Source of the DNA: Eledone cirrhosa
Lineage: Eukaryota
DNA: 64,000 bases
NCBI GenBank assembly: GCA_964016885.1
Contig: OZ024745.1
Coordinates: 132,308,001 to 132,372,000, forward strand
Reading direction: 5' to 3'
Shown here: positions 12,605 to 26,571 of the stretch, in pieces
How the letters are laid out: every line of letters begins with the position of its first letter
Position numbering within the stretch: position 1 is the first letter of the stretch
Notes under the pieces: generated by a model
Told to the model about the DNA's origin: nothing
The model's input: only the letters and a program-made list of their open reading frames with translations
Database searches by the model: none
Made by a program: the position numbers and the translations under genes

Positions 12605-13332
12605 ACGGTGGATTTGCAGTATCGGTAGAGGGTCGGACGCCATGCTTTGACGCATAGAGTTACGGCCTTTGCCATTCAGAGTTCAAATCACGCCGAGGTT
12701 AAATTTGCCTTTCATCTTTACGGGGTCGATAAAATAAAGTACCAGTAATGTACTGGGTAATTGCTGGCCTTGTGCCTAAATTAGAAACAATTAATATTAG
12801 TACTAACATTGCGTTATCCTCCATAAAGTTGTAATATATCACAAAATAGCTACAAAGCTTACAATAATTCAGTTGTATCCCGTAGCCTTGATAAATCCAA
12901 TGAGGTACATTGCTCATGTGGAAATAACATTATTTGTCTAGTTTACTGACAGTATCGGTAGAGGGTCGGACGCCATGCTTTCCAGCATAGTTACGTCCCT
13001 TTACGATCTGAGTTCAAATCCCGCCGAGGTTGACTTTCCCTTTCATCCTTACGGGGTCGATAAAATAAAGTACCAGTAATGCACTGGGTAATTGCTGGCC
13101 TTGTGCCTAAATTAGAAACAATTATTTGTCTAATGACAGTGGTGCATTTGGCAGTATAGGTAGAGGCTCGGACGTCATGCTTTGCAGCATAAAGTTACGG
13201 CCCTTCATGATCTGAGTTCAAATCCCGCCGAGGTTAACTTTGCCTTTCATCCTTACGGGGTTGATAAAATAAAGTACCAGTAATACACTGAGATAATTTC
13301 TGGCCTTGTGCCGAAAGTAGAAACACTTATTT
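12605..13332 (+). mobile_element. Three SINE family A copies in the same orientation (about 12605-12795, 12950-13125, 13140-13332)
   Basis: Each has CAGTAT.GGTAGAGG.TCGGACG.CATGCTTT, a GAGTTCAAATC B-box, the family core and a GGCCTTGTGCC.AA.TAGAAACA end. Confidence 0.9.
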
Positions 13333-13626
13333 GTGTACTGTAAAGACCCTGCATCAAAACATTATCACCACACTAAAGTGTTATATTGGTATAGCAGAGG
13401 GATATCGTAAACATTATTTTATAATCACATCTCTTGAGAAGACCCTCAAGTTACATGGTGTCTCAATAGAATAAAGCTATGGAATGTAACACCAACAGAA
13501 ATGTCATTATTGTTTTCTAAAGAAATCTCATTGGCGATTTTAGGAATAACTAACTCTGTAAAGGTTTCAGTGATTAAACATTATTGTAGATCTAACAAAT
13601 TCTAGAGCCTCACATAATAAAGCTTT

Positions 13627-13865
<239 letters not shown>

Positions 13866-16274
13866 TATGTCGATTTTCTCAAAATGGATTCTTAGTGCGA
13901 ATACTTTAACACTAGCCTATTTCTGTTATATGCCCCAACTGTTGTCTCTTACTTAAAACATGAAGTTTAAAGCTATTTCACGAGCAGTTTTGCTATATTT
14001 CTAGAAATGTTTCACCCTTAAAACCTTTTATATCATATGTAATTTTCTTGTGATATATCAACGTAAAGTCAACCTAGAAGCCTATCATTCCATCATCCCA
14101 TCATGAAAAGAGAATTTGGTTATACAGTGGGAACAAGAGTGAAGGAGGATTGGATGGCAGCCAATATAAAGGAAGTTATATCCTGTTAATGATACTGCAC
14201 TGTGTACCATGACACTTGGCTCGAGAAGAATTGATCTAGATAGAATTAGATTCTAGGATGGACTTAATTAAAGTCAATCAAGGTGGAAGATGAACTCAGT
14301 ATCTACAGGGACAAAACATAATTCCCTACACCATTTCCTTGTACTTATATTCTACATCTCACACATACACATACACACACATACACACACAAACAGAGAG
14401 ACTAATTTTATATAAACAAATCTCAGGATCTCTGTCAACAGTTTAAACTTGTCTTTGTACATATAAGCTCGCATATTTGACGAGATCTCGAAAAAGAGTC
14501 GGCAGCCGTCGCATTGATTGTACCCTGAGTTGATGGATATGGAAACAATTGTAATATGTAAATGAAGGTAGTACATATGTTGCAACACTGACATGGACTC
14601 TTCTAAATCTATTTACACTATACACACTCCGGAATAAACTCAGCCGTAACTCTGGAATAAAACTCAAAACAAAAGGGACTTTGTAACAGTATTGAGAGGT
14701 CCAAACGGTGCACTGCCTGTAACTGTTGTTACACACCTAGCACACATACACACACACCCCTAACACCCCCCCCCCACACACAGACACACACACACACATA
14801 CACATATATATATATATATCACGTATCTGAAGCTGAAATACAAGTGCCAATTAAACAACAAACGCCTATGATTAAATAACAAAACAAAAGACAGCTATAT
14901 AAACACACATCTCCGCTAATCAGTGCAGTATTTAGTTTTATAAAACAACTGCATAGCTTTCTTATTTACAGTAAACAAAATGAAATGATTCCCGGAGAAA
15001 ATCAGTGACACGAAAACAAAAAGAAGTATGAGAAACCCCTTTCTCTTCCTCTCTTGCAAATATTACATGAAATTATCTTAATGTAGTTAGATGTTATACG
15101 TAAAATAGATTTATTGATTAAATTCAGACTTTATTTTTCATGTCAGAAATTGTATAACTTCAGTTTTTCTTTAGTCTTTGAAGGAAATTATTTGTTAGAT
15201 CTTATAATAAAATTCTGCGAATAAAAATCTTCTACATAAAAATAAAAATAAAATCAGATTTAAAGATAAATAGTAGTTGGAGAAAATAAAATAAACATTT
15301 GCTTATCTTAAATTTTGCCAAAATATCTCGTGTAAACGATAGATTATCAGGCCTTAACTACACCCACACAGTGAAATTGAATAAAGTTTAGCCTAAATTT
15401 GAAATTACAATTGTTTTTTTCTTTCAGCGACACAATGCGATATTTCAAAGGAAGAACATTGTAGATATGATCGATTCGAGTACATTATTGCTATTTATTT
15501 ATCAACTAGTAAGAAAAAAAAAATCAATTCTTGAATGTTTTGCGCTTATCAAATAGAAGCAGTGTAGATACAATAATTCGTTGGTCCAGCGCTGCCGATC
15601 CAATTACCTTTCTTTACTATATGTTTAATCTATCAGAATCTTTATGACTTCGCAAAAATATCGTTTGTTTTTTAAAGAAAGTAATAGAATAAGAAAAGGA
15701 CTTAATTTGTTCAGCAAGAAAAGAGTCCACTTTGTAGGCGGCCATCTGACAGAGTTGTTAGAAAGTATTATAGAATGATTTGCGGTATTGATTCCGACTT
15801 TGCACTCTGAGTTTGAAATCCACATTGGACAACTTTCATTCTTCGTCTATATCTCATTCTCACTTACTCTCTTTCCTTCTCTGGATAAAATCGATTGTGA
15901 CCAGACGTGGAGATGTAAATGGCTCCACCAGGCATAAAAAAGGCTTAAGACAAGATAGTTCACTACAATACCCCTACTACTGCATTAGCTGTTACGGATT
16001 CATACATACATGTAAAGTTCAGGCTCTCCACGATTTAAAAACTATTTTGACACTCTTCAGATTTCAAAGTGAACTTCTTTAGAATAGGAATATTTAACAG
16101 AAAAACGGGAATGTTTATCTTCGCTAGAAATTCTCCTATTGAGAGTGCTGTGTTAGGGCGGAAGTTTTTCACGAATTTTTCGCATGTGTAACTAGTCTGT
16201 TAAAATTCAATGAACTGTATTTTTATCCAAGCTCGTTTCTCCTGCAATCATTCTAACTCTTAATCAGCAATATT

Positions 16275-16700
16275 TCACCACTTACACCACTTCCACATTT
16301 GTTTCATTTGCTGACGAGATCGGTCTTCCACAACGAGGTTCGTTTGTACCACTTCAACGTTTTGTACCACTTCAAACTTCAAAACCATACTTCTCGATAG
16401 GGTGGCATCTCCATTATCTTGTGTTAAAGAATTAAATGTTTCGCTGGCCGATTTATTGAGTTTCACACAAAATTTGATCGCGTACTGTTGTTTGATATTT
16501 TCCTGCATCGCAAACGTAAGATAGGTTATAAACACATCTGTACATAAACACCAATAACTCACGAGTGGCTCACAATTAATCATGTTGAACTAAATATATA
16601 CGTGCAGCGAAGTTCACAACCAACACTTGCCTATATGCACTCACGAGATATTGCGTTTCCATGTCGCACATAGGAAAATCAGTACCCTTACTTTTCACCT
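16275..16700 (-). pseudogene. Mariner-family transposon 5' remnant (HTH N-terminus)
   Basis: MQENIKQQYAIKFCVKLNKSASETFNSLTQDNGDATLSRSMV matches the mariner N-terminal pattern EQRYAIKFC.KLGKSA.ET...L...YGD..LSR. Confidence 0.75.
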
Positions 16701-17571
16701 CTAATTTCACAACTTATGTGTTATTCGCCCAAATCAACGCCTTCTTGATACTTTTATTGCAACATTGGTCCAATAACTGCTACATATTCATATCACATAT
16801 TACCATTTTAAAAAGGAAGGACATTTGATTTAGGAGAAAAAAGAGTAATTACGTGAAGAAATTCTCGACAAAAGTCTCGACAAAAGTCTGCGCGACAATG
16901 TCTGACATGGGAGAAACAACAGTTGTAACCATATAATATCTTGTGAACTGACAAAGATGAATATATTTTTGTCATGTCTACTTGGCAGCTGTGTTCAGTG
17001 TTTGGTTTCCATTCCTGCTGGAATAATCGTTCACACTGAGAATGCTGCTGTATTATTGATTTCTAATATAAGCACAAGTTATAATAAAAGTCGATTAAAA
17101 TTACATTCCACCGCTGTTTTTTAATATATCGTCCTCACAAGTAGCAAAGGCAAATTCGACTCCACAGCCCGACTTATACTCATACATAAAAACTATTGTT
17201 CTCTGCTGTAACATCTGGCAAAAAGAAACAACAACCCACAATCTAATTTAAAGCTCTAAAGAAATATAACAGAAAAGGATATCCCGGAAACTAAGGATTG
17301 CCTAAAACAACAAATACTTGCAAAAAGTTTTCTTTAACAAAACCAGGTTAGTTCACTCCAACCCAAATCGATTCTAGCAGAAACATAATAGGAGAAAATC
17401 ATAGGTAAATGTGGCCCCAAAGTAAAAGAAGTGGAAGAGGACGGGAAAAGATTATGGGCAGAAGTAGGGAGGTTAGCATGCACTGAACTAACAAGAACGA
17501 CGAACACATCACCTGAACATCTGTAGGAAGACATTACAAGTATTTATTGACAGAGAGGCCCTCTTTTCTTA

Positions 17572-17980
17572 TAATAATTGTTTCTGATTTAGGCACAAGG
17601 CCAACAATTTTAGAGAAGGGGAAAAGTCTAATAAATCAACCTCAGTGTGTTACTGGTACTTTATTTTATCGACCCCATAAAGATGAAAGGCAAAGCTATC
17701 CTCGCCCTGATTTGAACTCTGAACGTAAAGGGCCGTCATTCTATGCCACAAAGCATGTTGTCTGACGCTCTAACAATACTGTTAATCCATTGCTTATAAT
17801 ACTAATAATGGTTTCTACTTTTGGCACAAGGCCAGCAATTATCCCAGTGTATTACTGGTACTTTATTTTATCGACCCCCTTAAGGATTTGAACTCGGGAT
17901 TTGAACTCAAAACGTAAAGGACCGTAACTTTGCACTGCAAAGTATGGCGTCCGACCCTCCACTGATACTGCCAGTCCACT
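17572..17980 (-). mobile_element. Two adjacent SINE family A copies
   Basis: Two reverse-complement cores at about 17650 and 17855, each preceded by TTTCT....(T/A)GGCACAAGGCCA. Confidence 0.85.
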
Positions 17981-18514
17981 ACCCTTGCATTCCACTAAGC
18001 TCCTATTTTAAAAATAATTATGTCGTCTGTTTACCCTTCCATTATTTCACTGAATGTTTTGTCATATTCTGAATGTGTGCGACTATTATAAATCCATTGG
18101 GAGAAAATTAGACTCTTTAAAAATGAACCCTTTTTCTCTGCAAGTAATATTTCATGATATTGATTCTATGAAGCGGTATTTAAACTAACATTATTTCATA
18201 TTATTTTATTAACGTTTCTTCTACTTCATTTAAATGCCTGCTTCTTTTTTATATTAGAATACTTCTTTGTTGCATATTCTTTTCCTCTTCTCTCCACCTT
18301 CTCTTCTTCCTCCCTATTTTGCTTTTTCTATTATTATGCTTATAATATATGGCCTTGTGCCAAAAGTAGAAACAATTATGATTATAATATAGCACAGATG
18401 TTAAACATCCAACAAAAACCTTACCGTATTTAGTTACGGCCATTTACGCTACGAGTTCAAATCCTATTAATTGGGTTGTTACTTCCATTAGGTTAAGGCA
18501 ACTCCTGGAATTTC

Positions 18515-18517
<3 letters not shown>

Positions 18518-18587
<70 letters not shown>

Positions 18588-18616
18588 CCCTCTCTCTCTC
18601 CCTCTCTCTCTCTTTC
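18518..18616. repeat. (CT)n microsatellite
   Basis: Direct. Confidence 0.95.
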
Positions 18617-19199
18617 TCGTTGACTCACAACTGATAGTTATATTATAGGTCATATCATAATACTATCACAGGTGATATCACACAGATCACATGATATTTA
18701 AAGCCAAACCAACAACAAAAGCCTAACCACAACCAGAAGACCAACAACAACCTCTACTGAAAAACTAACAACTGTTTCTCTTATTCTTTTTCCGAATTGT
18801 TTCACGTTTTAAGAGAATATCAGTGCACATTGCCACTCCTTCGAAAAAGAACATTAATTAATTAAAAAATAATGAATGCCTTTTATATTTAATTATATCT
18901 GCAGATTTTTTTTATTTCAATGTTTTTAACAAATGACAAAAGAGCTGGCTCAGTAATAATAGATCTTGCCAGGAACAAACATAGTTTTGTCATTTTGCAT
19001 TTTAATTGTTTTTCTTTTCCTACCCAGCATGCATTGTGCGTTGTGCAAAATTACTGTGCAGTTGATAGTTTTAGTTTTAAGGGTAGGAATTACGTGTAAG
19101 TCAATTGGAGTGGCCTCCATGTCAGAACTAATAATTAAGGAGTAAAGAAAAACATTTAGAACTGACTACAATGAATGATTCAGCATGTGAAACAGATAT

Positions 19200-19494
19200 A
19201 CATGTGTGTGCATATACGTGTGATGTCTGTGAGTTTGTGAGTGTGTCTTTGTGTGTATGTGTGTGTATATACGTGTGATCGCTGTGAGTTTGTGAGTGTG
19301 TGTCTTTGTGTGTATGTGTGTGTGTATATATACGTGTGATGGCTGTGACTGTGTGAGTGTGTGTCTTTGTGTGTATGTGTGTGTATGTACGTGTGATGTA
19401 TGTGTCTGTGTGTCTGTGTGCATGTACGTGTGATGTCTGTGTGTGTGTGTGTGTATGTGTGCGTACATGTGTATATAAATTCCTACATAAATAC

Positions 19495-19531
<37 letters not shown>

Positions 19532-19576
19532 CTGTGTGTGCATGTGTACATACATTCGTACTTCAATACTATATAT

Positions 19577-19646
<70 letters not shown>

Positions 19647-19705
19647 ACGAGAGTTTGTGTGTTCCTCTGTGTATGTGTACGTATGCATACTCACACACAC
19701 ACTTA
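19200..19705. repeat. Degenerate GT-rich minisatellite (anchor TACGTGTGATG) and microsatellites
   Basis: The anchor recurs at about 19215, 19270, 19331, 19388 and 19425. Confidence 0.8.
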
Positions 19706-21040
19706 TAGACCAAGACAGAAACACATATATGTTATTCACATTTGGCTGTACACATATTTGTGTGTCTATCTGCTAATGCCGGTTGGCATAATTGAGTGTG
19801 CGTGTGTGTAACATAAGCAGACTTTAGACTAAAGAAAACGACAACGAAAGGATTCTTAGCTCCATTGAAATGCCATTCTGTCGATTGTTTTGTGATTGTA
19901 GTTGTTTCTTTTATATCATGTAGCTTCTGAAGCATTTGCAATGAAAAGGAATTCTCATGTTCTATCTTACCTTGTGTACATTGCTTAACAACTGTCGCTC
20001 TTATATTTTCTTCCGTATTTTTGCTCTTTTCTTCTATTTAAATTTTGTCTGGATGGAATCATACTTCAACTAAATCTTTAAAATAAAGTATTTAGTTTCT
20101 TTATTGACACTTTCGCTAAAATGATGTTTTGCTTTTTCCCCCTCCAGTAAAATGAATCTCGATATTGAACAAAAGTAAAAACAATTTTATTCTTTAAATG
20201 CATTTATTCTATTTTTATATTTTCTTCTTTTCAGATATTTTTCTCTTTCTTGTTTTTGCTTCTTTCAATAACTTTCGATAATAACATTTCGTTCTCTCGT
20301 CACCAGACACATTTTAACATTCAACCATTGACAGTCGTTGGGTAGATCTGTAACATTGCGTTCTTCTTACCATCTCTTTTAAACTCTTGCTTATTCGACC
20401 AGCTTTTTCTATTAACTCTCCACACACCAGCCTTTCTTATTTCTATTTTTCATATCATTTAACAGAGCGACATTACTCTAGTTACCAGCCAAACACTATT
20501 TTTTAGATGTAGGTATTTCAGCTCCGAATTATAACAAGTCCAATTTATTTAGGATAATAATATATTTAGAATTGTATAAAGCACACAACTCTCCTCTTTT
20601 CCTTTGCTGAAATTAATAGAGCCATAATCCCTAAATCGATGTATATATGATCTCAAAATAGGAAGATATGTCTTACATTTATCATACTAGAATCTAAGTA
20701 AAGCAATTCGCTATTGTTGCTACAAATTTCTAGCCCACGTTTACATGTTATAATAGATACACAATGCAATATATTTAGATTATGTCTGTTCAGCAGACAT
20801 GTATAGGAAGTCTACCCAGAAGACAATCACAGACAATAACTATTCAAACCTTTTACAGTGTATTGACTTGATATTCATCAGTAATGCTTTTCTATATCAA
20901 TTCCATAGCCAAAAGTTATGTAAATGAAATGACATTAAATTCCAACCAAATAGATTTTTCTTTTCTTCTTTTCTCCTTTTAGTGATTCAGTCAATGGACT
21001 GCAGTCATGTAGGGTCAGATCTCCAAAGATTATATCAACC

Positions 21041-21374
21041 CAGGAATTTTCCTGGTATATATATCATTGTTCTAGTAATTAATGAAAGTTCGACTATCGA
21101 TACCTGGCGGTGGTCGTCAGGGCTGCCAGTTTTGGGCCCATTTCCAGAGGGTGGGTCGCAGCAATGCTAGGTTCGCTAAGGTTGTCCACTTTCATCCCTA
21201 TGGTTGTATTGACTCTATAGCCATTATTACACAAACTGCAGACGTTCAAGGGCATCCCAAGCGAACTAGGATGCGGAAGAACCGTGTCAGCTTGGGCTGA
21301 CGACGTACACATGTGTAAAATGATATCAGGAATATGCCTGGCACATGTATCATTGTTCTCATAATTAATGAAAG
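21041..21374. other. Unclassified 334-bp element bounded by 48-bp imperfect direct repeats
   Basis: 21041-21088 versus 21327-21374: 41/48 identical by manual alignment, with a GC-richer core between them. Confidence 0.6.
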
Positions 21375-22129
21375 ACAAGTTAAAGATGATGTAAAGTGAT
21401 GTATGACAAACAGAACTAAGTATCAACATTTTGTTTAGTCATCTTTCACTGATACACACATATACATGCACACACGCATGCACACACACACACACTCACA
21501 CACACACACACACACACATGAAGCTTTCTCATAATGGAGTCTTTTGCTCAACTCATGATTCACGGATGATACACACACATACACACACACACGCACACGC
21601 ACACACACACACACACGCACACGCACACACACACACGCACACACACACACGCGCGCGCACACGCATACCCCCCCCACACACACATATTAAGTCAAACAGT
21701 CTCAGTGGTATCTTACTGAATACATAAGAGCATTATGTATTCATAAATGGGAGACGATAGCAAAGTATATTCAGAAGAATTAATGATAACCAAATTCCCG
21801 AACTGCAGTTTAACAGTATAACATCGGTATCGTGCTATTTAATAAGCTAAGACATTTAATATGGTGAGAAGTCACTAATCGTCAGGGGACCTTTCATGTA
21901 AGAAGGGAAATATATTTTCATGTTTCCGCATTATATGTTTTCCAAACGAATAAATCAAGTGCGTGTGATGAAAAAAGCAAGAGGTGAACGGGCGACAAGT
22001 TAAAGTGAACGCCAGAATCAGCTCATCAGCTGGCCTGTCAGATTAACTCAACCATAAAGTCTCCCATTTATGAATATATACTGCTTTGATCTATTCTTTG
22101 AGCCATGCCGGTGACTGTTGGGCATTGTA

Positions 22130-22218
22130 TACTTTGCCTTTCATCCTTACGGGGTCGATAAAATAAAGTACCAGTAATGTACTCTAATAATCGCTGGCCG
22201 TGTGCCAAAAGTAGAAAC

Positions 22219-22222
<4 letters not shown>
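22130..22222 (+). mobile_element. SINE family A, 3' half
   Basis: Family core and 3' end. Confidence 0.8.
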
Positions 22223-22276
<54 letters not shown>

Positions 22277-22501
22277 GGGGAGATCGGTATTTTACCAGTT
22301 TTAAACTAGTTAGACCATTGTTTAGCAGAATACTTCATACTAGGGATAGTAGAGTGTGACTATATTAGAGAAAGTCGGAGCCCAACGGCTGAGTTCTTGC
22401 CGTTTCGACAGCAAACTCTTGACTATATATGACATATATACATTATATTTATAGACACACACACACAAATATATTTATATACCTAAATTGATATACCTAA
22501 A

Positions 22502-22599
<98 letters not shown>

Positions 22600-23360
22600 C
22601 ATACGTGCGTTTAAACTGTGTGAATATAATCAATTAAGGCCCGAGTGAAAATGATCATTAATAACCAATTGTTAACAAACAGAACTCCTATAGAAACTAT
22701 GTATTAATATGTATTTCAGTTCAACTTTCAAAGGAAATAAATGTGAACATTGTAAATATTACGAATTATTTTGATATACCAATATAATCCATAACCTTAT
22801 GTGTTCAATCAATAAATGTATTTGACGAAACTAGTAAATAAACCTACTCTGAATATATAGATTTAGCAAAGAGATACAATTTTTAGCTCTGGAAATAGAA
22901 AAAAAACTATTGATAAATGTGATTTAATATTTATCGATTCTCTATCAATTGTTCTGCAGCCAGGACAATAAAAAGCAAGGGTGGGGAGGAAATATGGAAG
23001 CATATCTGTTGAAATATCTGATATTTCTACATTTAACTTGAGAGGTTTTAGAGATATGCGGAGAACGTCGCTATATATTTATTTATACATATGAAGACCT
23101 AATAGAAGGTATATTTCAAGTTATCGAATAAGGGTTTATAACCCCTGGTCACAGAAGATATTTTATTACAATAGTCAGTCTTTTGAAAAAGGAAGCCATT
23201 TCACACCCACGCACAAACATAGACACACACACACAAACATAGACACACACACACACACACAAACATAGACACACATACACACACATATATAATCATATAT
23301 ATGTGTATAATCATATATATATGTAATGTATAAACACCTATACGTATTACATTTGAAAAC

Positions 23361-23395
<35 letters not shown>

Positions 23396-23521
23396 TATCT
23401 CTCTATATATATACACACACCCATATCTATATCTATATCTATATATATATAAACCCATGCTAGCGTGGAAGATACACGTTAAACGATGATGATGATTATT
23501 GGAGAATATATATGTATGTAC

Positions 23522-23586
<65 letters not shown>

Positions 23587-23626
23587 AATATATATGTATA
23601 TATATACCTATATATGTGTATATATA

Positions 23627-23714
<88 letters not shown>

Positions 23715-24459
23715 CAATTTTCAAAGGAGTGGAGTGAGTGTTATGGAGGGTATTTGCCAGCTTCAAAGAGAAGCGGTCGCTCAATGCTTATGTCATGCAA
23801 AATAGGAGTTAAGAGAAGATATTGGTTAACACGTGAGAAACCTTACTGAGGCATTTAGGAAATAAGCAGAGCATGCATATTCAAAAGCTTTAAAGGAAAA
23901 TCAATCTCCTTTCATTAAAAAAATAGTTTTTAATCTCTTACAAATGTTTCGTGCACACTGTGACATCAACTAATTTAAATGTTATTTGAAAGTTAATTTT
24001 CTGATTGTTGAAAAAATTAAAACGTGTCTCAAATCACAAATTACCCTCTTCAGAGTGATAAGACATCATAAGAGGAATCAACTGAGAATAAGTCGGAAAA
24101 TATTGTTTTCCGTGTTTTGTTGAATTTAGGAATGGTGTCTTTCTCCGTCGTTCTCATGTCAACAGCTGACCGGTGAAAGAGAAATAATTAATGGAACTTA
24201 AACTCAGGTTTTTATATTCCAGACTAAATAAACTGTTAACAGGTGACCAAGCCGTCTCTCTAAGAATTAATTAATTAACGGAGAAACTATTAAGTATAAA
24301 TGTACATTTAACTAACTCGTGTTTAATGGATAATTCACTAAAATATTTCCCTATTTACATTATATAATAGGCGTACTAGAAATATATATAAATGTATATA
24401 TATATATATAAACACACACACATACACATACACACACTCACACATACACACACACAGAC

Positions 24460-24500
<41 letters not shown>

Positions 24501-24503
24501 TAC

Positions 24504-24582
<79 letters not shown>

Positions 24583-24585
<3 letters not shown>

Positions 24586-24720
24586 TGGTTACACAACAGT
24601 TAGTTCACCATACCGAGAACAATTGTTTCATCTTCGCGGATCTTCAGCTCGGGATCTGAGGATCCGCTAAGGTGAAACAATTGTTCTCGGTATGGTGAAT
24701 TAACTGTTGTGTAACCACTT
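24583..24720. repeat. 138-bp hairpin (65-bp arms, 8-nt loop), probable inverted Penelope-type terminal repeat at a (TA)n tract
   Basis: Arms 24583-24647 and 24656-24720 are reverse complements with 4 mismatches. Confidence 0.9.
24613..24652 (-). ncRNA. Minimal type I hammerhead-ribozyme-like motif
   Basis: Minus strand reads CCGAG-CUGAAGA-UCCGCGAAGAU-GAAA-CAAUUG-UU-CUCGG: perfect 5-bp stem I, conserved core, palindromic stem III. Stem II is weak in this copy. The mirror copy on the plus strand is at 24656-24690. Confidence 0.6.
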
Positions 24721-24782
24721 CTACCTAACTCGTCCCTTGGACAGTGCTCTACCACTACGGATATTACCTTCCAGTGTTCCAC

Positions 24783-24848
<66 letters not shown>

Positions 24849-25013
24849 AATAGGATTTCGCTTCAAGCATAGCTTTATACAATATGTATAAATATTTCGT
24901 ATCTCCAAAGAAATACGGTTTTAGGAAGCCGTATCTATGCAACCACCGGGGGGGGGGGTAACGCCCTCTGGTGATGTCCAGCAGAAGCAAGGAGGACAAC
25001 CGTCTATGCATAG

Positions 25014-25115
<102 letters not shown>

Positions 25116-25195
25116 ATATATATGGCGGCGATGAATTTATTTATTTATTTCTGGCAATATTATTACAACAATATGACCCTCCCCAAGTATAACTA

Positions 25196-25259
<64 letters not shown>

Positions 25260-25644
25260 GGCATACTGTATATGGAGCTACTAACCATTTTTATCTTCTG
25301 AGAAATACCTATACTATTGACCCTTTTATATATGCGCTGGGTTACAAGAAAAATATGCAATGCTATTCTTACATTTATGGCTGCAAATGATAAAACTCAT
25401 TTAAGTCTTCAAAAGTAATACAATGGGTATGAGCATTTATATGATTATAATACCAAACTCGTTATGGGTCCGGGATTTATATGCAAATGATCCCCCATGT
25501 ATATATGCCCTCAGCAGGGTTTGTATTCAGCTATATATTTACATAAACGTAAGTACGGCCGTAAACACCGACATGCCTACAGTCGCACGTGAACACAAAG
25601 AAGATTGATTTTCCGTTAATACTTTTGAATATATATATATACGA

Positions 25645-25973
25645 GTGTGTGTGTGTGCGCGTGCGTGCGTGTGTGTTTGTGTGTGCGTGTGTGTGTGTGT
25701 GTGTTTGTTTGTGTGTGCGTGTGTGTGTGCGTGTGTGTGACTGTGTGTGTGTGTTTGTTTGTGTGTGTGTGTGTGTGTGCGCTTGCGTGCGTGTGTGTGT
25801 TTGTGTGTGCGTGTGTGTGACTGTGTGTATGTGTGTTTGTGTGTGCGTGTGTGCGTATGTGTGTGTGTATGTGTGTGTGTGTGTGACTGTGTGTGTGTGT
25901 TTGTTTGTGTGTGTGTGTGTGTGTGCGCTTGCGTGCGTGTGTGTGTTTGTGTGTGCGTGTGTGTGACTGTGTG

Positions 25974-26006
<33 letters not shown>

Positions 26007-26184
26007 TTGTTTGTGTGTGCGTGTGTGTGTGCGTGTGTGTGACTGTGTGTGTGTGTTTGTTTGTGTGTGTGTGTGTGCGCTTGCGTGCGTGTGTGTGCGT
26101 GTGTGTGCGTGTGTATGACTGTGTGTATGTGTGTGTGTGTGTTTGTGTGTGCGTGTGTGCGTATGTGTGTGTGTATGTGTGTGT

Positions 26185-26217
<33 letters not shown>

Positions 26218-26220
26218 CAT
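25645..26220. repeat. (GT)n-based compound repeat with a higher-order unit
   Basis: The anchor GCGCTTGCGTGCGTGTG occurs three times and GTGACTGTGTGT several times. Confidence 0.9.
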
Positions 26221-26222
26221 AC

Positions 26223-26571
26223 GTATATCAATTTTTGCTAAATTTCTTTTTCTTTGAGTGAAGTTTTGATGACCTTGTAGGAATGCCAGCAATAATGCCA
26301 TCTCCAAACAGCGATTGCGAAATAGCAGCCGAAAAGGCAAGAAGATAAAGAAAGAAATTAAAATGAATGCTTTTATAGCTGCTTCTTTGACAGTTGGCTT
26401 AAAAGCCTACATTCCCGGAACTGTAAAATAACAAATATCTTTACAAGCGAGTCAGACACTGAAACTTCTCCACATTTGTTAAATGTGAAGATTAGATATA
26501 ATATTTCTTTTGTAGGGGTGCTTACATAGATAACCGATATTGATTTTGTTTCTTAAGCTCAAAGCCTCACT
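26223..26571 (-). other. Candidate exon pair of an unidentified transcript (26526-26571 and 26223-26420)
   Basis: Minus strand: long pyrimidine tract ending TTCCACAG, 46-nt exon, GTAAGC...105-nt intron...TATTTTACAG, 198-nt exon, GTATGC. Confidence 0.4.

Noticed and set aside
21290-21325. Hammerhead ribozyme at CTGACGA-CGTACACATGTGTA-AAAT
   Set aside because: No GAAA core and no convincing stem I or III in this copy.
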